Positions 38,622 through 47,674 of a stretch of DNA of 64,000 nucleotides are shown piece by piece. The DNA comes from a bacterium (GTDB lineage Bacteria; Arandabacterota; Arandabacteria; Arandabacterales; Arandabacteraceae). The translations under genes and the position numbers were made by a program. Under the pieces are notes generated by a model. It saw only the letters and a program-made list of their open reading frames with translations. It was not told the origin of the DNA and did not search any database. The DNA lies in the NCBI GenBank assembly GCA_029933125.1, contig JAOZOU010000009.1, positions 10,194 to 74,193 of the forward strand. The letters run 5' to 3'. Positions within the stretch are counted from its first letter, which is position 1. Each line of letters starts with the position of its first letter.

Positions 38622-40055
38622 TCAGCTTCCTTGAATGGTATGGCCCTGTCTAAGGAGCGGCTCAACAACTTCAGGAGATAGCCTGATCATGCGATAAATC
38701 TGGACTCGGTGCATACGCTGCTTCCTCGGATTGATCCACTCCCAAACTATTTCACCGTCCGGAGTAACCTCAAATGCACGGCCTCGATCGCCCTCACAGA
38801 TGAGGGTGTTGCCATTGGCGAGGCGCTGGGCAGAGCCTTTCTCATAGGAGTAGAAACTCTCAGGTGGATCCCCAACATACTGCCATACGATCTCATAGGT
38901 GACCGGATCAAGCTCGATGACTCTTGAATAGCCTCTAACTGGTCCATTGTCAAAGATGAGGATGTGCCCATTGGCTAGCATTGTCGGATGGTGTGGCCAC
39001 TGGAGCTCGCCTTCTCCCCAAACCCAAAGAATCTCACGTGTATCCTTATCAAGAATTGCAATTTGATTTACATTTCGAAAGCATATGAGAAGATTCCCTG
39101 GCTTGAATCTTCTATCCTTAGCCAGAGCATTCTCTGGAAGCACCGTGACCGTATTCATGTGAAAATAATCGTAGATGTTCTTACCACTGCGTTTATAGAC
39201 CTCGAGTTTGCCAGGGACCGTTGCCTTGAAGGAATCAATACCCCCACGTCCTGATAGACTATCAATCAGATTGTCAAGGAAGGATCGTGTATCGAAGGCT
39301 TGCTTTATCTCATCAAGATGGTCATATGTTGACCAGCGACCAATCTCCTTACCATCGAGGGTGAGGTGAAGAATAGCTGCAAATCTGACCTGAAGTCCTC
39401 GATAGTTCTTGATGTCGCGTACAATTGTGTAAATTGTGCTATCCGGAGCAAGTGATGCCTCATGATGGGCAATGGCATCGACCTTCCAGATAAGATTTGA
39501 ATTCCAATCGAGACGCTTGATGTCCCTCATTCTGCTTACAACAATGACATCGCCATTGGGTAGCATGAGCGCAGGTGCCCATACCCAGTGACGCTTACGC
39601 TTCTCAGGGTAGTACCACCTGTGAACCATTTTCCCATACATGTCCATAAGATAGACCTCTGGCGAGATGGCTGAGCAAAAAATCTGATAACCGCGCCATG
39701 AGCGGAGGCTGTCATAGACAGTAACTCCCGAAGGGCCGCTCACTTTCTGGGGAGTCATCGTTGTATAAGGGATTGAGCGAAGACGTTCGAGCTTTCGCTT
39801 CAGATTCTGATCATTGTTAGTCTCACGAGGTGTGTTGCGGGCTAGGGATAGGATAATCACAGCTGCCAGACCCGATGCAACTGCAAGTGAGCCTATGAGC
39901 AGTCGTCTTCTCATTCTGCCTGGAGCCTCTCCTTTCAGGCGAATCTCGCTGAGATTTTCACTGATAACTTCGACAACTTCATAGCCAACTTCATCAAGAA
40001 GTTTCTGGCGAACTTTACCAAAATCATACCATTTGGAGCTAGCTGGTTTAAACAT
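38622..40055 (-). CDS. arylsulfotransferase (ASST)-like beta-propeller protein with N-terminal membrane anchor
   Basis: 477 aa; TM anchor RRRLLIGSLAVASGLAAVIILSLA; His-containing motifs HHPTMLANGHILIFDNG and AQRLANGNTLICEG reminiscent of ASST family; call is tentative. Confidence 0.45.
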   Translation of the reverse strand: MFKPASSKWYDFGKVRQKLLDEVGYEVVEVISENLSEIRLKGEAPGRMRRRLLIGSLAVASGLAAVIILSLARNTPRETNNDQNLKRKLERLRSIPYTTMTPQKVSGPSGVTVYDSLRSWRGYQIFCSAISPEVYLMDMYGKMVHRWYYPEKRKRHWVWAPALMLPNGDVIVVSRMRDIKRLDWNSNLIWKVDAIAHHEASLAPDSTIYTIVRDIKNYRGLQVRFAAILHLTLDGKEIGRWSTYDHLDEIKQAFDTRSFLDNLIDSLSGRGGIDSFKATVPGKLEVYKRSGKNIYDYFHMNTVTVLPENALAKDRRFKPGNLLICFRNVNQIAILDKDTREILWVWGEGELQWPHHPTMLANGHILIFDNGPVRGYSRVIELDPVTYEIVWQYVGDPPESFYSYEKGSAQRLANGNTLICEGDRGRAFEVTPDGEIVWEWINPRKQRMHRVQIYRMIRLSPEVVEPLLRQGHTIQGS

Positions 40056-40218
40056 TTCATTAGCACGGGGCTGTGAAGCAGCCGAATGCTTAGGATCTTA
40101 GTTCTTGTGAGCCAATTGCTATGGTCGGGATCTTTATAACATCTGAGGTGGTAAGTAAATAGGTGGTTACGAGTGCGAGGGGTTATGGGATGGCTTCGGT
40201 TAAGGGTACCAAGGGGGC

Positions 40219-40252
40219 GCAGGATGCCAAGGAGCGCAGGATGCCAAGGAGC
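40219..40252. repeat. perfect 17-bp tandem duplication GCAGGATGCCAAGGAGC x2
   Basis: Read directly at 40219-40235 and 40236-40252 in intergenic region between two reverse-strand genes. Confidence 0.6.
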
Positions 40253-40275
40253 ATGCGACCTCTAGGGTGGTGGGG

Positions 40276-42027
40276 TTATGGAGTGTGAGGGTATGAGGTG
40301 CCTGAGCAGTCTCTTGTGTCCTTGATATCGTCACGAGGTTTAAGTTCGAAGATCACATAGGAATATCCTATGTGATCCACGGGTTCATAGTTCTCTCTAA
40401 GCCACTTGTAGCGGTCGGGATCAAAGATACCAACAAGGTTGTTTACACTAACGACTATCTTGCCCGAATCAGGAAACTCAGGATGTAAGTACTTCTCGCT
40501 GAAGCGCCTGCGGACGCGTTTCATCCACCATTCTCCCTTCTCATAGTATGCATCTGGATGTTCTCGCAGATAGCGTTGGAGAGCATTTCTGTCCTGCCCC
40601 CAATCTATATTCGAATCAGCAAGCACTTTGTATGCCTTCTTGCGGTCCCAGACGAGTTCATTGAAGTAAGGGATGTAGTGAGGGAAATAGGAAAGAACCG
40701 AAACTGTCTGATAACAAATAAGAACGCCAAGCGCTGCAGTAAGCTTTGCTTGCCTCGGCAAGCCCTGCTTGAGCAAGCTTCCGCAGAAGACGTGCAGCAG
40801 GGGCAAAACGATCAGGAAGTGCCGAATGCCTATCTGGAGTTTGAAGAAGAAATTGAAATAGATGGCGAAGAAGACCATGGGAGCGACGAGGAAGAGCTCA
40901 TCTTCGAGAAAGCGATAGCGTTTTCGCCTTTTTGTATAGGCGACCATGGCGATTATGGCGATGGCCTGGGTAGCAAGGGGAACCTTAAAGAGATACGCAA
41001 AGAAATAGTAACCCTTGAAGCCACCAATTTCTTTGAGTCGCCCGAGAAGATACATCTTACCGAAGCCTTTGCCGGTTTCGGTCCGATAGATTCCCCAATC
41101 TATTCCTTCGAGATAGGGATATGGCAAAGGGAGAGGAAGTCTTGCAAGTTCTCCGAGGCGAGAGCGTAGGCTTTTGAAGGCGTCACTTCGCAGGGCATAG
41201 TCGTCGAGAGAGCTAAACGTACGGTTGAAGAGAAAAGCTGCATTTATGATAAGGATGCTTACAGCAATGAAAACAACTGTATAGAGCAAGGTGCGAAGCA
41301 AACCCTTTCGCATGGCTTTAAGATCTGCCTGCCTTGCCTGTCTCAGAATCTCAGGACTGTAGCGAATCGCAAGGATGATAGCCTCAAGGGGATAGAGAAG
41401 GATGCAAACATATTTAGAGATCTGACCCATCCCCAGAGCAACTGCTGCAAGGATGCCCCTTCGTGGTGAAGGATGTTTGGTGAATCTCCAGAGTGTCCAT
41501 AGGGAAACAAGTACCATACCTGCTGCATAGACATCTGTAGTTATGAGGCGTGCATGGGCAATCATATTGGGGCTTAAGGCAAAGAGTGTGAGTGAGAGGA
41601 TTGCTCCCTTTGTTCCGTAAAGTTCTCTACTCCAGGTGAAAACAACGAGAGCCACGATGACGCTAAGGATAATTGTTACATATCTGCCCGTGGGAACGGA
41701 TTTTAGAAACGCCTGGTATCTTGCTGCCGCCTTGAGCTCACCTATTTCGGCCGGCAATGCGTTTAGGGCTGTTATGGGCATCGTTCCATCAACGAAACGA
41801 GAGGAATTGCCCGATAGGATGCTGGCGCCATAGCGAAAGTGCCAGGGTTCATCCTGGGTAAGGGACTTATGGCGTATGCTAAGAACCTCAAGAGCAACCA
41901 TAAAGGATAAGAGACCAATTACGACCAGGATTGTTGATGTGGGAATGCGGTCTGCGAACTTTGCGTCGGAGAGGTCGCTGTTGTTCATAACAATATGAAG
42001 GTAAGCCAAAGCAAGGACATCTTTCAA
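40276..42027 (-). CDS. GT-C fold membrane glycosyltransferase (GT39/ArnT/PMT-like), second copy
   Basis: 583 aa multi-pass membrane protein; DE motif in first loop (LTQDEPWHF); start may be at a downstream Met. Confidence 0.6.
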   Translation of the reverse strand: MKDVLALAYLHIVMNNSDLSDAKFADRIPTSTILVVIGLLSFMVALEVLSIRHKSLTQDEPWHFRYGASILSGNSSRFVDGTMPITALNALPAEIGELKAAARYQAFLKSVPTGRYVTIILSVIVALVVFTWSRELYGTKGAILSLTLFALSPNMIAHARLITTDVYAAGMVLVSLWTLWRFTKHPSPRRGILAAVALGMGQISKYVCILLYPLEAIILAIRYSPEILRQARQADLKAMRKGLLRTLLYTVVFIAVSILIINAAFLFNRTFSSLDDYALRSDAFKSLRSRLGELARLPLPLPYPYLEGIDWGIYRTETGKGFGKMYLLGRLKEIGGFKGYYFFAYLFKVPLATQAIAIIAMVAYTKRRKRYRFLEDELFLVAPMVFFAIYFNFFFKLQIGIRHFLIVLPLLHVFCGSLLKQGLPRQAKLTAALGVLICYQTVSVLSYFPHYIPYFNELVWDRKKAYKVLADSNIDWGQDRNALQRYLREHPDAYYEKGEWWMKRVRRRFSEKYLHPEFPDSGKIVVSVNNLVGIFDPDRYKWLRENYEPVDHIGYSYVIFELKPRDDIKDTRDCSGTSYPHTP

Positions 42028-42179
42028 TCGCTTCCTTATACGGTCTCTACGAAAATCCCCCTCTCCGCTCTTCCCTTTGCTTCATCTCTGGCCCCCTACT
42101 GGCAGGATTGACCCATCCCAAGAGCTATGTTAGATTGGGAATTGGAGAGGATCAGTGTTTATACTCGAAGGGGGAAGTT

Positions 42180-43541
42180 TTGCGCAGATGGTTCTGGATT
42201 CTCGTTGTACTGGCGATTCTAACCTGCGCACGTGAGCCCAAGCCCAATGTGGTCATCGTTACGATCGATACACTTCGTGCCGATCATCTGAGCTGCTATG
42301 GTTATTCCAAGCCTACGAGCCCACGCATAGATGACTTCGCAGGCAGGGCTATCCTCTTTGAGAAAGCATTCTCACAGGCACCCCAAACGCTTCCATCGCA
42401 TGCGTCCATCTTTACAGGCCTGCATCCCCGCCACCACAAATCAATCACGCATGAAAGTCCTCTTGCCGATGATGTAACGACCCTCGCTGAGATTCTCAAA
42501 CATAAGGATTACGAGACTGCTGCCTTCATTAGCAGTCATGCCCTCGACAGCAAGTACAATCTGACTCAGGGATTCAATACCTATTGGGAGATTCAAAGGG
42601 AATACAGTGTCCCGGAACGCCAGAATGCACACCACTGGGGCAAGGATCTTACCACCGATGCTGTTCTTCGCTGGCTCAAGGAGCACCACAGCGACCGCTT
42701 CTTCCTCTGGGTACACTGGTTTCATCCTCATCGGCCTTACAATCCCCCAGAAGATTATCGAACGAGATTTGCTGGTCCCTATGAGGGCGATGCTAACAGT
42801 TCGCCCGATTTTATTATCACTGTGTGGCAAAACAAGATTGAACTCGCTGATGAAGATGTGGCTTACCTGAGAGGATGTTATGATGGGGAGGTAGCCTTCA
42901 CTGATTATCAGGTAGGAAGATTACTTGATGAGCTCACCTCACTCGGGCTCATGAACAATACAATAATCATTCTAACATCCGATCATGGTGAGATCCTTTA
43001 TGAGCATGAATATTACTTCGGACACGATATCGGACTTTATGATGAGTGTCTTTGGGTTCCTCTCATCTTCTATGGACCCGGCATTCTGGATGAGCATAAA
43101 CGTATAGATAAGCCTGTTGAGACAATCGACATCATGCCAACTGTGCTGGATCTCCTTGAGATAGCAAAGCCGCAAGGCATGGATGGTAAGAGCTTGCTTC
43201 CCCTCATTGCAGGTGGAAAGTTTGAGGGGTGCACCTATTTCTTCTCAGAGACATTTCCCTTCCCCGAGAAATCCTTGCCACGTCATGCAGTAAGAACGAG
43301 AACCGCTAAACTGATCTGGCGCGAGACAGCGACCGGTGGAATTGAGAAGCATTTCTTTGATCTTGTAAAGGATCCAGAGGAAACTGAGAACGTCTATGAC
43401 GTGAGCAATCCTGCCTGTGCACGCCTCGATTCAGTGCTTGGTGAATGGATCAAACCGGAGGGTCTTCATCCCGCACGCATCCCGAGTGCCCGCGAGTCGG
43501 GAAGGTGGCGCATCCTCAAAAGCCTCGGCTACGTCAACTAA
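42180..43541 (+). CDS. sulfatase-fold (alkaline phosphatase superfamily) enzyme with Thr at nucleophile position
   Basis: N-terminal metal-binding motif VTIDTLRADHLSCYGY; nucleophile motif reads T-L-P-S-H instead of C-x-P-x-R; TTG 42180 (MRRWFWILVVLAILTCA anchor) preferred over track TTG 42108. Confidence 0.65.
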   Translation: MRRWFWILVVLAILTCAREPKPNVVIVTIDTLRADHLSCYGYSKPTSPRIDDFAGRAILFEKAFSQAPQTLPSHASIFTGLHPRHHKSITHESPLADDVTTLAEILKHKDYETAAFISSHALDSKYNLTQGFNTYWEIQREYSVPERQNAHHWGKDLTTDAVLRWLKEHHSDRFFLWVHWFHPHRPYNPPEDYRTRFAGPYEGDANSSPDFIITVWQNKIELADEDVAYLRGCYDGEVAFTDYQVGRLLDELTSLGLMNNTIIILTSDHGEILYEHEYYFGHDIGLYDECLWVPLIFYGPGILDEHKRIDKPVETIDIMPTVLDLLEIAKPQGMDGKSLLPLIAGGKFEGCTYFFSETFPFPEKSLPRHAVRTRTAKLIWRETATGGIEKHFFDLVKDPEETENVYDVSNPACARLDSVLGEWIKPEGLHPARIPSARESGRWRILKSLGYVN

Positions 43542-43542
43542 C

Positions 43543-43732
43543 GGGGTCGGAGCTAAAAACCTCCAAATCACCCATTTTGGGGTCGGAGCTAAAAAAACGC
43601 AAATCACCCAAAATGGGGTCGGAGCTAAAAAAATGCAAATTGGCTGGAATTGCCTCTTCCACAAGGCCCATGGCTCCTTAACTCATTTACACACAAAGGG
43701 ATACGCGTGTGCAGATTTTTAGCTCCGACCCC
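43543..43732. repeat. repeat element locus 2: three direct 36-bp-unit copies plus inverted terminal copy (MITE-like arrangement)
   Basis: Core GGGGTCGGAGCTAAAAA at 43543-43559, 43579-43597, 43615-43633; inverted copy 43716-43732; the inverted copy overlaps the last codons of the DUF89 gene. Confidence 0.8.
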
Positions 43733-44591
43733 GGGTGAGGAGGTTGGAGGCGGTGGGGACGCCAAGACGTTCAGCAACTATGGGGCATTTGGCTTTGAGG
43801 ATAAAGAAGATTTGGCGCTCAGCGTCATCGAGAGTCTCATAATTTGCCTGCCCCTTGGATATCACCACACCAGCCTTAAAGAAAACATCCTTAAACTGGT
43901 CACTACATTCGCCGAGGATAATGCCGAGACTATCTGAGCCTGTCTCAATTATCTTTATCGGCTCACCAATTCCTGCTCTGATTGCATCTTCGTAAGTTGC
44001 GTCATTGAGAATGCCTCGGCTTTTCACACTCACATAGACATCCTTTCCACGACGCACGAACTCATCGAGCAGAAATCGGTCGAAGACGATCTCACCGGCA
44101 TTGTCACTTATGAGCAATATGTTCCTGGAGGCGATAACAGCTTCTAAGAGCTCCTCAGATTCATCAACCACAAGCTCCCCACTTATTGTTTCCCTGAGAG
44201 TTTTCTCAAGATCAAATTCGCTGCCGACACCAAAATCTATAATGTTACCCGCCGCAGCAAGCTTAACACAGAGCTTTATTCTGCCTACCTCATCAAGTTG
44301 CAAGAATCTCTTTTGAATTTCAGGCTTGATATGCTCGTACATCGCAAGAGCTTCGACAGTGGTTTCCCACTTTAGCTTCTCAAATGGATCAACATTGCTG
44401 AGCAAGTGATCACCTGAGCGAATTGCCCTTGTCGCAAGAATCGCCGGGGGCACACCGTGGTCGAGATCCATTAAGGCTTCCATCGCCTTACGAGCAATCT
44501 CAACCTGGCTATTCTCATCAAGTCCAGCAATCCTTGCTGTCCGTATAGCCTGTCTGACTGAACACGGAATGCACTCAGGGGAAGATTTCAC
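43719..44591 (-). CDS. DUF89/ARMT1-like damage-control phosphatase family protein
   Basis: 290 aa; signature ISKGQANYE and N-terminal Cys pair (PECIPCS). Confidence 0.7.
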   Translation of the reverse strand: MKSSPECIPCSVRQAIRTARIAGLDENSQVEIARKAMEALMDLDHGVPPAILATRAIRSGDHLLSNVDPFEKLKWETTVEALAMYEHIKPEIQKRFLQLDEVGRIKLCVKLAAAGNIIDFGVGSEFDLEKTLRETISGELVVDESEELLEAVIASRNILLISDNAGEIVFDRFLLDEFVRRGKDVYVSVKSRGILNDATYEDAIRAGIGEPIKIIETGSDSLGIILGECSDQFKDVFFKAGVVISKGQANYETLDDAERQIFFILKAKCPIVAERLGVPTASNLLTRGRS

Positions 44592-44601
44592 TTCTTGCTC
44601 C

Positions 44602-45885
44602 TCACGTTTTTTGTTGCTTCTTACGAGCCGCAGGGAAGAGAACGTTGTTTAGAATCAGCCGATAGCCAGGGGAATTCTTATGAAGTGCAAGATCCGTCGG
44701 TGGATCTCCAATCATATGCTGATAATCCTCGGGGTCATGGCCCCCATAAAATGTGAAGGTGCCACGTCCATAGGTTCCATGAAGATACTTGACCTCATCT
44801 TGCCCTTCGGTCTCAGCCAGAATCGTGACTGTTTTCTTTATCAGGTGCTTCTCGTATCCAGTTGTCTGCCCCATGAAACCCTTTATGACCGAGACATGAT
44901 TCTGCGTCAGCATAGTTGGAATGGGATCGTGTTTGGCTGAGAATTCAAAAAGTGTGAAGTAATCATTTGCCTGACCTCGCCTTGCCGCACGCGGGCTGGT
45001 ATCAATATCGGAATATTCGTAGACAAACGGATTGGGTATAACTTTAAAACCCGTGAAGCAAAGTGTTTTGGAATAGTCGAGTTTCTCCTGATAGTTGGGA
45101 TCTGGTGGATCACCATCAAAAACACTATCAACGATATCGTCATTTTCTGCAGCGAGAGCGATATCATAGGAATCGGTTGCTGAACACATCGCAAAAAGGA
45201 AGCCGCCCCTCGCCACATAATCTTTTATCCTCCTTGCAACAGCCTTCTTGAGTTCTGAAACTTTGCTAAAGCCCAGCTTATGGGCAAGCGCCTCAGATGT
45301 AGCCACCCGTTTCTTATACCAATCTGCATTACGATAGCTCGCATAGAATTTCCCATATTGACCCGTGAAATCCTCATGATGAAGGTGCAGCCAATCATAT
45401 TCGTCTAGTTTGCCAGCAAGTACTTCTTCATCATAGACGATGTCATAAGGTATCTCAGCATAGTCGAGTGCAAGTCTTACAGCATCATCCCATGGCTCAC
45501 GATCTGGTGGGACATAGACGGCAATAGCAGGAGCTTTCTCAAGAAGCACGACTTCCATATTCTCCTCTTCAATTGTTCTATATATCTTGGCAGCGTCACC
45601 TTCTGATATCACACTGTAACTAACGCCCATTAGGGTTGCCTTCCTCGCCATTACATCCCTTGCATCCACCATGAAGGATCCACCGCGATAGTTGAGCAAC
45701 CACTCAACGTTGAAGCCTTGCTCGAGACACCAATAGGCAAGCCCATAGGCTTTGAGGTGATCTGTCTGATTGAGATCCATATAGATAAGGATACGATCGG
45801 CTACCGCTGTCGCTGCAAGACCGAGGACAATGAAACAGACAAGAAGGACTTTAAGAATCTGATGATTGACTTGATCTAAGGCCAT
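44602..45885 (-). CDS. hypothetical exported protein (possible GATase1-like fold)
   Basis: 427 aa; N-terminal hydrophobic segment; no firm family; motif GGFLFAMCSATDSYD; start overlaps upstream TPR gene by 35 bp. Confidence 0.5.
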   Translation of the reverse strand: MALDQVNHQILKVLLVCFIVLGLAATAVADRILIYMDLNQTDHLKAYGLAYWCLEQGFNVEWLLNYRGGSFMVDARDVMARKATLMGVSYSVISEGDAAKIYRTIEEENMEVVLLEKAPAIAVYVPPDREPWDDAVRLALDYAEIPYDIVYDEEVLAGKLDEYDWLHLHHEDFTGQYGKFYASYRNADWYKKRVATSEALAHKLGFSKVSELKKAVARRIKDYVARGGFLFAMCSATDSYDIALAAENDDIVDSVFDGDPPDPNYQEKLDYSKTLCFTGFKVIPNPFVYEYSDIDTSPRAARRGQANDYFTLFEFSAKHDPIPTMLTQNHVSVIKGFMGQTTGYEKHLIKKTVTILAETEGQDEVKYLHGTYGRGTFTFYGGHDPEDYQHMIGDPPTDLALHKNSPGYRLILNNVLFPAARKKQQKT

Positions 45886-47674
45886 CTATCTTCCTCCTCG
45901 CCTCACCTGCCGCAACACTTTCGGGAAAGCGCAGAATAAGATCCTCATATGTCTCCTTCGCCTTTTCAATCTCATCAAGCTCAACATAGATGTCAGCAAT
46001 TGCCTCAAGTGCAGCTGGTGCTATATGACTTGCGAGGCTGTCAGCTATTACTCTGTAGATCGCGATCGCCAGGTTGGGGTTACCAGCCCTACGATAGATC
46101 TCAGCTAGTCTTCTCAGACTTTCAACCTTGATAGGTTTCAATTGAATCTTGCTAAGACTAAGATATCTATCCTTTGCCTCCTCGATGCGTCCCCGCCTCT
46201 CGAGAAGATAAGCCTGCGCGAGTTGTCCAAGCTCCTGGGGGTACTTCTCGCCAGCCTTGCTTGCCCTTATCAGCATCAGCCTTTCAATGCAGTCGTTGGC
46301 AAGATCCTCCTGGGGATATTGCCTCAAAGCGACATTGTAATAGGATACTGCTTCATCAAACTTTCCCTCATACAAACTTATCTCGCCAAGATTGTAGAAT
46401 GCCTCCTGAGCAAGTGCGCCTTGCCATTCAATCTCAACAAGATCATATGTCTCGAAAGCTTTCTCAAGATCACCAAGTTTTACAAGGCAGTCCCCTTTGA
46501 TATTGACAGCCCTCGCAAGCAACTCAGGTGATCTGGTATTGCTTATAACCTTATCAGCCTCCTTAACTGCATTTTGAAAATTGTCACTGTTGTAATAGAT
46601 ATCAGCGCGAGCAAGCACAGCATCCCATGCCCACTTGGTTCCCACAAAACGGTCTACCAGATCTTGATACGTCTTCAAGGCGTCCTCAACATCATTGCCA
46701 AGGTACTCACATTGCGCTTTCTTGAGAAGAACATCAGCCAGATTTAGGCCGGATTGCTTAAGCTTTGCAACCAGTTCATATGCCTTAGCACACTCCTCAA
46801 AACAGCCTCTCCTCGTTGCCTCTCGAGCAAACAGGGGCAGACTGCGCGCTAACTCGCGTTCGTTGCCAGCGCCGGCTTGGATCTCCTCAAGCGCAGCCTT
46901 GCAGTTGCCATCCAGAAGATAAAGTTGCCAGAGTACTCGACTGACGACGTCTGCAAATTCCTTGCGAGATTTTTCAGCAACAAGAGCACTTATGACCTCA
47001 GCCCTGGCTTCATCATCACTGGCAAGATCAAGAATCTTCTGAGCAAACCTTTGAGGTACCCCCTTCTCACCTCCTCGGTTCTCGCTTGCAAATCGCAGCA
47101 GATACTCATGGACTGCATCACCAACCCTGCCTGCGTCGATATAAAGACGAATAGCTTCAGGCCCGAAAAGGGTGGAATCCCCGGTCGCCTTCCGAGCTCT
47201 TGTGATAATATCTATCACACCTTCCCTATCCCCGATCTCCGCAAGCACATTCATTGCAAGGGTGTAAGTCCATTCCTCATCGGGTGCAGTCGAGATTATT
47301 TTCTCAAGAATCTCCATCCCCCTTTTCGTGTTACCCTTGAGGAAGCTTACAAGTGCAAGTTTTGCTTTCAGCGCATTCTCATTGGGGTGATTCTTAAGAA
47401 AAGAGGAGAGTATCTTTTCAGCCTTTGAATAGTTGTGTGTCTCTATCAGAACATCTGCGTAGACTCTGACAACCGTAGCATCATCACTTGCTTTCCTGTA
47501 AAGTGCGTCCAGCTCGGCGAGAGCCTTATCAATCTTGCCCTCAGAAAGGTACCTTCGCGCAGTTGCTAAGCTGCGATCCCTTGTCTGCGGTGTAACATCA
47601 GCCGCCAGGCAAGTCCCAACAGCAAGCAAGACAAAAGCAAATGTAAGAGTGGCACAAAACAATTTCTTCATCAC
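45851..47674 (-). CDS. TPR-repeat protein with signal peptide
   Basis: 607 aa; signal peptide MMKKLFCATLTFAFVLLAVGTCLA; multiple TPR-like helical repeats; 4-bp overlap with upstream gene. Confidence 0.7.
   Translation of the reverse strand: MMKKLFCATLTFAFVLLAVGTCLAADVTPQTRDRSLATARRYLSEGKIDKALAELDALYRKASDDATVVRVYADVLIETHNYSKAEKILSSFLKNHPNENALKAKLALVSFLKGNTKRGMEILEKIISTAPDEEWTYTLAMNVLAEIGDREGVIDIITRARKATGDSTLFGPEAIRLYIDAGRVGDAVHEYLLRFASENRGGEKGVPQRFAQKILDLASDDEARAEVISALVAEKSRKEFADVVSRVLWQLYLLDGNCKAALEEIQAGAGNERELARSLPLFAREATRRGCFEECAKAYELVAKLKQSGLNLADVLLKKAQCEYLGNDVEDALKTYQDLVDRFVGTKWAWDAVLARADIYYNSDNFQNAVKEADKVISNTRSPELLARAVNIKGDCLVKLGDLEKAFETYDLVEIEWQGALAQEAFYNLGEISLYEGKFDEAVSYYNVALRQYPQEDLANDCIERLMLIRASKAGEKYPQELGQLAQAYLLERRGRIEEAKDRYLSLSKIQLKPIKVESLRRLAEIYRRAGNPNLAIAIYRVIADSLASHIAPAALEAIADIYVELDEIEKAKETYEDLILRFPESVAAGEARRKIDGLRSSQSSDS

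Noticed and set aside
42108-42179. TTG 42108 as start of the sulfatase-fold gene
   Set aside because: Would add 24 residues before the membrane anchor with no RBS; TTG 42180 preceded by AAGGGGGA gives a typical anchor N-terminus. Retained only as an alternative.
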